9,485 nt of DNA, from positions 1 through 9,485 of the forward strand of contig NW_002061140.1 in assembly GCF_000150275.1 (NCBI RefSeq), read 5' to 3'. Under the pieces are notes generated by a model. It saw only the letters and a program-made list of their open reading frames with translations. It was not told where the DNA came from and searched no databases. Shown piece after piece: positions 1 through 7,172 of this stretch; the stretch's first letter is position 1; each line of letters starts with the position of its first letter. A program made the position numbers and the translations under genes. Source of the DNA: Trichoplax adhaerens (lineage: Eukaryota; Animalia; Placozoa).

Positions 1-94
1 TATTGCTAATCATTGTCAATGTAGCAAAGCAAAACTGAACAATTAAATAAATAGAAATTTCTTGCGATTGTGTGTGAGTAGTATTATTATACAT
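1..94 (-). CDS. 5' end (partial, continues off the left edge) of a third, more diverged paralogue of the class A orphan GPCR (copy A)
   Basis: Not in the ORF track. Manual translation from ATG at 94-92 gives MYNNTTHTQSQEISIYLIVQFCFATLTMISN, colinear without gaps with the first 31 aa of copies B (MFNNTT...VVQFCVITLALVSD) and C (MLNNAT...VVQLCVTTLASISN). Same start context CTCATCGACT-ATG in all three copies. Whether the rest of the gene is intact cannot be seen. Confidence 0.9.
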   Translation of the reverse strand, partial: MYNNTTHTQSQEISIYLIVQFCFATLTMISN

Positions 95-1500
95 AGTCGA
101 TGAGTATGTTTTTAATCTACATCTGTAGCTAAATATCTAAGCGATTAAATATGCCTATTTGACCGTAGAGAGCCTCGTTCAGAGTGATCGAGTCTGTTAA
201 TACTTGATTGGAATCTAACGTTTCTTGATTGAATTGAGTCTGAGATACGTTTAACGATTGAAAGAAATTCACCTAATTTTATTGTTATAACCTAAGTTAG
301 GGACTACTAATGTCTAAGACGTCTTGTAATTATCTTAAGTGAATTAATTCTTTAAATTTGTCAGCTGTAACATCTGTTAGTAGTATTTGACATCAACTTC
401 CTATGTTTAATTAAGTTATTTTTCCTTTACTACTATTTAATTATTTATCCATTGTTACTCATTGATAGATGGTATTGCTAATGATATTCTGAAAAGTCGA
501 AAGCAAATGTAAAATATCATCGCAATGTTAAATAAGCGTTGATTTAATTGCTCGTTGTTATTACCGTACTTTTGTACTATGTTAGAAGATACTGCTAAAT
601 TATTACTAATTTTTGTAACGTAAGTCATCTATTTTTAAAGTAAATAGGATGTATAGGCTAAACGGATAGTTAATCTTACTTTATTTTGAAGTTACTTTTA
701 AGCACACAGAACGAAGCAAATAAGAAAAATTATAAATGCTTTGAAGGAGAAAGTATGAAGAACATCGAAGTTTTCAATCTGATCGTTTGTTAATCGGGCT
801 TATACCGATTAAAGTTTGGCCATGAGCTAAGCTTTATTCATCAATAAAATGAAGTATCAAATACTATTAGTAACGGCTATAACACTTAATTAGCCCAAAG
901 GTGATTTCAATCTTTGAACACATAGTTATCGGAGTTCAATTGCATTATAAGACATGATTTTCATTACAGTAAATTGATAGTTTCTACTTATTTCTGGCCT
1001 ATAATACCTGCTAGAAAGTCGATTGGTAACCACTCATGTACAGTATAGTATCGTAGATAGCTTAGAATCGATTAGGATTTCAATTGGGAGCATAAAATAG
1101 AGCTAGATATAATAGAAAATTAGCAATCGCTTCTATACCTTCAAGAAGACGCATAGCTAGATGATGTCTAATAATTTTAAATGTCTTCTATAAAGTATGC
1201 TATGTAATGTATTGGCAGGTATCAGTTTATGAGTAAAAAATATACCTTTGCAATTCTGTTGAGTATTTATTGATCCAAAGTTAGATTCAAACATTACATC
1301 CCAATATTTCGTTTTTTAATTACCAGTATCATCTATTATTAGCTCAGTAGTACACGTTAATCAGTTTTGATTATTGAAGAAAAGAAAACTTGCATTATTA
1401 TATTTATGCTTTATTCAATCATAATTAAATAAAAAATACTTCTATTTTAGTGTATTATAAAGAAATAAAGAGTTGAATGAGCTTTTAGATCAGCCTCTAC
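95..1500. repeat. Older paralogous copy of the GPCR upstream region (upstream of copy A)
   Basis: Colinear but visibly more diverged match to 3417-~4930 and 8133-~9300 (shared blocks such as AGTATCAAATACTRTTAGTAACGGCTAT, AGCATAAAATAGAGCTAGATA, TTGCATTATTATATTTA). Similarity fades near 1500. Confidence 0.85.
195..230 (-). promoter_or_regulatory. Conserved 36-bp upstream block, copy A (putative promoter/5'UTR element)
   Basis: TGTTAATACTTGATTGGAATCTAACGTTTCTTGATT, 35/36 identical to the B and C versions in otherwise diverged sequence, about 100-135 bp upstream of the ATG. Function is inferred only. Confidence 0.45.
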
Positions 1501-1899
1501 TAGTCAAGACAATCTAGATTCGTTAAGATCCTATAAATATTAGTACGAAATCGTACAATAATAGTATTAAATTCTCAGTTTTGATAAGTTTTCAAAGTTA
1601 TTGCAGAAGGTAAGGAAGATACGACATGTACAAAATAAAGTTGACTAATGTTCATCGGTGGGAACTTTAAATTAATAGAAGGCGATAAAAAGTATGGTAA
1701 TTATTGTCCATTTTTGGGACATAATTCAGTCAAGTATTAATGGTTAAATTACATATATTCGAAATAATAAGTAAAAAATAAGTTGAAGTGGTTTCGCTGT
1801 TCTATAGGTTTCGATTTCTACCAGATTAACTACATGATGAAATCAGGATAACTGTAGAAGAGATTAATATCGTTAAAAGATAATATCCTTAATATAGTT

Positions 1900-2400
1900 C
1901 TACAGTATAATAAAATTGTCAAAGTAGTAATTTTGATCCGTCGTAAAATAGCAATTAAATATCTATTAACAGCATAAATACGAGTAGTAAGTAAGTTCTC
2001 TAATATTCTTTCGTGTCACTTTATTATAGCTGTAATTTGGTCTATTTTAGAGTAACAACTAGATAACCACTAACTCTATTAACAGCGAGTGAGAGCTCTA
2101 TCATTATCTCGTATCAAACTTATTATAGTAACAATTTAGTCCTGCTAACTTCAGAATAAGGATTAGATAACTGTATATCCCACAAATAGTGAGAAAGTAC
2201 CCTAACTTGATTGCGTATCGAAGTTATTATAGCAGAAATTTGATCCGCTGTAGAATAAGGATGGGATAACAATTAACCTGTTAAATAGCGAACAGGTTCT
2301 CTATCAATAATCTGTATTTAAATTACAACATTCGTAGCTTGATCCATAATAATGGCTAAATAGTAATTAACGCTATAAATAGTATGCAAGCTATCTAAGA
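1900..2400. repeat. Degenerate tandem repeat, ~99-104 bp period, ~5 units, in the 3' flank of copy B
   Basis: CGTRTC-N3-4-TTATTATAG...AATTTRRTC recurs (TTATTATAG at 2021, 2120, 2224), with weaker TTGATCC units near 1933 and 2339. AGAATAAGGAT-N2-GATAAC occurs at 2153 and 2252. Boundaries approximate. Confidence 0.7.
2020..2025 (-). terminator. Candidate polyadenylation signal (AATAAA) for copy B
   Basis: TTTATT on the + strand, the first canonical hexamer I find downstream of the stop (~430 nt). Weak evidence in AT-rich DNA. Confidence 0.3.
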
Positions 2401-2456
2401 CTAAGTGACTAGTTAAAAATGACACCGTATCTGATGTAGCTACTTTGATAAATTAA

Positions 2457-3416
2457 TCATGATTTCGTATTACTACGTCTATCACGAATTCGAAGACATA
2501 AGTCATATATTGACAATTTTACATTTTTATCGAAAATCAAGAACATAAATGGATTTATCAAGTAGGACACGGAATTACTCGCAAACGATAACAAGATGAC
2601 TACAAAAAATTGGGTATTGTTAAAGAGTAGTTGAAATTGACTTTGATTGAGTATTGAATAAGTCAAGATAGTTATAATATAGGGCAAAGTCAGTAATGTT
2701 TGTGCCAGTGTTGCGACAATAAAAACTCGAATAACGCTCCGTGTACGATTAATAGAAGCTTGACGGTCATGAGAAATAGCAGTGTTATCAGATATTTGAG
2801 ATGATAAACTGATAACGATACGGCTATAATTCGTTAACATTATTATTCCTGGAATCAAGTACACGAATAGCAAGGTAATCGAAAAATAGACAACGTTGAA
2901 GATGTTACCATAAGGGAAGCCGAAGTCGCAGCTTTTCGTGGCTGAATTATAAGTTCCTATTAGGAAAGCAGGGATAGCGAATACGACGCTTATAAGCCAA
3001 GACAGTATAATAAACTTAGTACAATGTTTAAAAATAGTTGTATCTCGAAATATTAGCGGACAAGTAACGATTTTAAATCGATAGATACTTATCATAGTTA
3101 AACTTGTAATAGAGGTATTGATCGATGTAACCGTAAGTCTATATGCTATTGGACATACAACAACACCAACAGGTCTAGACATTGAAACGGTTGAGATTGA
3201 CGTAATAGCATATACATACTGTGTGATAGATGAAATAATATCGGATATAGATACATTAATAATAAAGTTATAAGATAAATCGTGTATATTTTTAGAGAAC
3301 GCCACGATTATTACCAGAACGATATCACTAACCAATGCCAATGTAATAACGCAAAACTGGACGACTAATGAAGTGGCATTTCCTAGCGGGTGTGTAATAG
3401 TAGTATTATTAAACAT
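2457..3416 (-). CDS. Intronless rhodopsin-like (class A) 7TM GPCR, orphan, 319 aa (copy B)
   Basis: Seven hydrophobic segments with class A anchors at the right spacing: D59 (2.50), C88 (3.25, exactly 25 before R113 = 3.50 in YRF), W140 (4.50), ECL2 C163, P189/Y197 (5.50/5.58), P245 (6.50), N288-P289 (7.49/7.50). Also helix 8 with C307 and N-terminal N-glycosylation sequons (N3, N4, N13). Ligand unknown. Confidence 0.93.
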   Translation of the reverse strand: MFNNTTITHPLGNATSLVVQFCVITLALVSDIVLVIIVAFSKNIHDLSYNFIINVSISDIISSITQYVYAITSISTVSMSRPVGVVVCPIAYRLTVTSINTSITSLTMISIYRFKIVTCPLIFRDTTIFKHCTKFIILSWLISVVFAIPAFLIGTYNSATKSCDFGFPYGNIFNVVYFSITLLFVYLIPGIIMLTNYSRIVISLSSQISDNTAISHDRQASINRTRSVIRVFIVATLAQTLLTLPYIITILTYSILNQSQFQLLFNNTQFFVVILLSFASNSVSYLINPFMFLIFDKNVKLSIYDLCLRIRDRRSNTKS

Positions 3417-3505
3417 AGTCGATGAGTTGGATGCTTTTAATCTACATCTATTGCAAAAGATCGATGCGATTAGATATGCTTATTTGGCTATAGAATGATT
3501 GAAAT

Positions 3506-3541
3506 TGTTAATACTTGATTGCAATCTAACGTTTCTTGATT
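3506..3541 (-). promoter_or_regulatory. Conserved 36-bp upstream block, copy B
   Basis: TGTTAATACTTGATTGCAATCTAACGTTTCTTGATT; contains the palindrome GATTGCAATC (3517-3526) and two CTTGATT repeats. Confidence 0.45.
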
Positions 3542-3721
3542 AAATTAAGTATGGAAATACATTTAACAATTAAAAAAATTTTCTAATTTTACTCTTGTAG
3601 CCTAAGCCGTGTTGTAATTATCCCGAGTGAAATTAATGCTTTGAATTTGACAGCTGTAATATCTGGTAGTACTGTTTTCAAATTAGTTTGCTATGCTTAA
3701 TTAAACAATTTTCTCTTTGCT

Positions 3722-4052
3722 NNNNNNNNNNNNNNNNNNNNNNNNNNNNNNNNNNNNNNNNNNNNNNNNNNNNNNNNNNNNNNNNNNNNNNNNNNNNNNN
3801 NNNNNNNNNNNNNNNNNNNNNNNNNNNNNNNNNNNNNNNNNNNNNNNNNNNNNNNNNNNNNNNNNNNNNNNNNNNNNNNNNNNNNNNNNNNNNNNNNNNN
3901 NNNNNNNNNNNNNNNNNNNNNNNNNNNNNNNNNNNNNNNNNNNNNNNNNNNNNNNNNNNNNNNNNNNNNNNNNNNNNNNNNNNNNNNNNNNNNNNNNNNN
4001 NNNNNNNNNNNNNNNNNNNNNNNNNNNNNNNNNNNNNNNNNNNNNNNNNNNN
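3722..4052. other. Assembly gap (331 N)
   Basis: Run of N. The three ORFs called across it are artefacts. Confidence 0.99.
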
Positions 4053-5312
4053 TAACGCATGTCGTTTACTTTAAAGAGAATAGAATGTATGGACCAGTTG
4101 GGCATTTAATCCTACTTTAATTTGGAATTATTTTTAGACTTAGAGAATGAATGAAATGAGAAAAGATTGCAAAAAAATTAAAAGGAGAAAGTAGGGCCAC
4201 AATTAAAATCATATATCTGATCATTTGTTAATCAGGCTTATCCCGATTAAAGATTAGCTAAACTTTATTAATTAAAAAAGTAAAGTATCAAATACTGTTA
4301 GTAACGGCTATGAGGCTTAATTAGCTCGAAGATGATTTCAATCTTTCGACATGTAGTTATCCGAGTTTAATTATGCTCTAAGATACGATTCTCATTACAG
4401 TAACTTGCTAGTTTCTACTTGTCTTTGGCCTGTAATACTTACTAGAAAATCGATGGATAACAATTCATGTACAGAATCATGTCTTGGAGAGCTTGAAATT
4501 AATTTCAATTTAAAGCATAAAATAGAGCTAGATACGGTAGAAGTTAGTAGTTAATCGATTTTATACCCACAACGCATAGCTATAATGATTGCCTCTTAGT
4601 TTTGAATTTGTTTTTCAGTAAATACGCTATAGAAGGTATTGATAGATACAAGTTTATAAATAGGAAATATATCTCTTCCATATTATTAAGTATTTATTGG
4701 CCCCAAAATCAGAATCAAACGTTACATTGCAATGCATCATTTTTTAATTATCAGCTTCATTTATTATTAGCTCAGTACTACACATTCATCAATGCTGATT
4801 ATTGAAGAAATTGCATTATTATATTTATTCAGTATTGGGTATTCAATCATAACTAAACAAAAATATTTCTATTGTTGTTCCATTTGTATATTATATAGAA
4901 ATAGAGGTTAAATAAATTTTCGCATCGGTCTCCTTTATAGTATTAGCAAGTAACATTAAATGATTAACAATTTTTATAACGTACGTTATCTACCATTAAT
5001 ATATATAGAACGTATAGATCAATTAATCCAGCTTTAGGTGAAATTATTTTTAAACGTAGACATTGAATAGAATGAGTAAGTATCATAAATAACTCCAGGT
5101 AAAAAGTACAAACAATATTCAAGTTCTAAATCCGATCATTTATTAATTAGGTTAAATTATTGTAATTTACTATTATAAGATTGTAATAATTTAACGAGTC
5201 TTGTTGATGGTCATTACATATTTTGTATTAGTTAAGAGCAAGCTTTAATTATTTCCGGTTAAAGTTCGCCAGGTGAGCGATATATGAGTATTTTCCGATT
5301 ACTGCATACCAT

Positions 5313-5344
5313 TTATTTCGAATGTATGCGTATATTCGAAATAA
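5313..5344. repeat. 14-bp inverted repeat (hairpin) at the duplication junction
   Basis: TTATTTCGAATGTA-TGCG-TATATTCGAAATAA: 13 of 14 Watson-Crick pairs plus one G.T. The right arm starts at the first base of unit 2. Confidence 0.85.
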
Positions 5345-6087
5345 TAAGTAAAAAATAAGTTGAAGTGGTTTCGCTGTTCTATAGGTTTCGATTTCTACCA
5401 GATTAACTACATGATGAAATCAGAATAACTGTAGAAGAGATTAATATCGTTAAAAGATAATTTCCTTAATATGGTTCTACAGTATAATAAAATTATCATA
5501 GAAGTAATTTTGATCCGTCGTAAAATAGCAATTAAATCACACCCACCCTCCCTTGAAACGGGCAGCGTGGGGGGGGGGTATTTATGCTACTGTTAGATGA
5601 CTCTGATTATGGGTTCATTTTAATAGGTCAGTATAAGATTCTGACAGTACTTTTTACCTCAAGATTTCTTCATGTAAAACGAATAGCTTTAAGGTAGTCA
5701 TTTCTGCTGAGTACTGATTATTGAAATAGTATTCGTTATATCGCTAAGGGTGGCTACTAAGCCTTTAAATTTTGATCTGATGTAATGCTCTGATGAAAAT
5801 TGAATAAACATAGAATCTTTATAGTGTTTTATACACAGTCATTTTGATTGTTACATTTTCTTATAACGGTTGTTATCGACAGAGCAAACTTTGCTTGCAT
5901 ACACAAGCGATCCTTAGACACATTATAATGATTGGTATAGAATTGACCACAGTACTAAGGACATTGTACCGCACTGTCGATATCTTACAGTACCTGCTAA
6001 TCTTAACTTGGTATGTCCATCACCGTACATTAGTTATCATAATGCGCTTTGGATTATTAATTAATCTTAATATAGCATAGTACATTA

Positions 6088-6148
6088 CTATTACCGGGAT
6101 ATATATAATATCGAATGATAATACTATCTGTTAATTTTATTAATAAAT
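6088..6148 (+). repeat. Internal ~60-bp direct repeat of the Helitron, copy 1
   Basis: CTATTACCGGGATATATATAATATCGAATGATAATACTATCTGTTAATT... matches 6571-6629 with 2 substitutions and a 2-nt indel. Weaker similarity extends about 30 bp upstream. Confidence 0.9.
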
Positions 6149-6570
6149 TGAGCATAAACATATCTGACAGTTTCGCTTACCAACCTTGACATAGCATTAA
6201 TACTGTATATAGTAACCATCCTTATTCGGTAAACATACTAATGCGAAAGTTACTTAACGAAATTTGAATTGGTATAGAAATGAATGATCTCTAGGGTTTA
6301 TGTAAATATTATTGAGAAGGTATTAATGATTGATACACATTAGTAGGTACTATTAGTTCTATTGCTCTCATGCATTTCGTACTGTTATCCTACTGTAGTT
6401 CCCCTGTCCCGGTTATTTTTGATTACTATATATCATATAACAAAAAGTATTTCTAAGAGGATAATGTCAGTTAGTCAGCGATCTGATAGGCGAAAGCGAA
6501 GTGAACAACGTGGAAATACACGATCAGTACGTACATTAAATCAATCTGTTTTAAATATAGTAGTACCCAG

Positions 6571-6629
6571 CTATTACCGGGATATATATAATGTCGAATG
6601 GTAATACTATCTGTTAATTATTAATAAAT
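6571..6629 (+). repeat. Internal ~60-bp direct repeat of the Helitron, copy 2 (subterminal)
   Basis: CTATTACCGGGATATATATAATGTCGAATGGTAATACTATCTGTTAATT..., 483 bp downstream of copy 1 and just upstream of the 3' hairpin. Confidence 0.9.
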
Positions 6630-6646
6630 GGGTACATTATCGTAAA

Positions 6647-6664
6647 CCGTCAGCAAAGCGACGG
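6647..6664 (+). other. Helitron 3' subterminal hairpin (rolling-circle termination signal)
   Basis: CCGTC-A-GC-AAA-GC-GACGG: CCGTC/GACGG and GC/GC stems, one bulged A and an AAA loop. Followed by GAGTTTGGA-CTAG. Confidence 0.85.
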
Positions 6665-6677
6665 GAGTTTGGACTAG

Positions 6678-7120
6678 TATCTATTAACAGCACGAATACG
6701 AGTAGTAAGTAAGTTCTCTAATATTCTTTCGTGTCACTTTATTATAGCTGTAATTTGGTCTATTCTAGAATAACAACTAGATAGCCACTAACTCTATTAA
6801 CAGCGAGTGAGAGCTCTATCATTATCTCGTATCAAACTTATTATAGTAACAATTTAGTCCTGCTAACTTCAGAATAAGGATTAGATAACTGTATATCCCA
6901 CAAATAGTGAGAAAGTACCTAACTTGATTACATATCGAAGTTATTATAGCAGAAATTTGATCCGCTGTAGAATAAGGATGGGATAACAATTAACCTGTTA
7001 AATAGCGAACAGGTTCTCTATCAATAATCTGTATTTAAATTACAACATTCGTAGCTTGATCCATAATAATGGCTAAATAGCAATTAACGCTATAAATAGT
7101 ATGCAAGCTGTCTAAGACTA
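6678..7120. repeat. Same degenerate ~100-bp tandem repeat in the 3' flank of copy C (leftmost unit split by the Helitron; remainder at ~5480-5536)
   Basis: Paralogous to 1960-2400. Confidence 0.7.
6738..6743 (-). terminator. Candidate polyadenylation signal (AATAAA) for copy C
   Basis: Paralogue of 2020-2025, about 60 nt from the Helitron CTAG end. Confidence 0.3.
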
Positions 7121-7172
7121 AGCGGCTAGTGAAAAATGACACCGTATCTGATGTAGCTACTTTGATAATTAA

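Larger units (their letters stand above)
1754..5330. repeat. Recent tandem segmental duplication, unit 1 (3' flank + GPCR copy B + upstream region; spans the assembly gap)
   Basis: Near identity with unit 2 begins abruptly at TATATTCGAAATAATAAGTAAAAAATAAG (1754 vs 5331). 1960-2456 vs 6678-7172 differ at about 14 positions. About 4255-5117 matches about 8626-9485 closely. Confidence 0.88.
5537..6677 (+). mobile_element. Non-autonomous Helitron (rolling-circle transposon), 1141 bp
   Basis: Empty paralogous site: GCAATTAAA|TATCTATTAACAGC (1959|1960). Filled site: GCAATTAAA|TCACACCC...GGACTAG|TATCTATTAACAGC. This gives insertion between A and T, 5' TC, 3' CTAG and no target-site duplication, with a GC-rich hairpin ending 9 nt before the CTAG. 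No Rep/helicase ORF. Confidence 0.9.

Noticed and set aside
1900-2400. 99-bp period suggesting ankyrin repeats, or a CRISPR-like array
   Set aside because: No TPLH/ankyrin consensus in the frames I read, with multiple stops. Units are degenerate along their whole length rather than identical repeats with unique spacers, and the context is eukaryotic.
2457-3416. Opsin, aminergic or named neuropeptide receptor assignment
   Set aside because: No Lys at 7.43 (Ser/Thr282) and no Asp at 3.32 (Thr95). No orthology is recognisable, so no gene symbol is given.
3688-4105. Three ORFs (3688-4074, 3701-4105, 3717-4055)
   Set aside because: Artefacts of translating through the N gap.
4602-4805. 67-aa ORF on the + strand
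   Set aside because: TTG start and no recognisable domain. The paralogous sequence at ~8989 has a stop (AGT TAA instead of AGT AAA), so it is non-coding upstream DNA.
6490-6497. GCGAAAGC, a known ultrastable DNA mini-hairpin
   Set aside because: A single 8-mer with no supporting context; plausibly chance.
5844-6604. 78-aa and 80-aa ORFs inside the Helitron as RepHel remnants or captured genes
   Set aside because: TTG starts, no HUH/Y2 Rep or PIF1 helicase motifs, and no recognisable protein similarity by eye. BLASTx would be needed to exclude small captured exons.
5537-6677. TIR transposon/MITE or retroelement interpretation of the insertion
   Set aside because: No terminal inverted repeats, no target-site duplication and no poly(A) tail.
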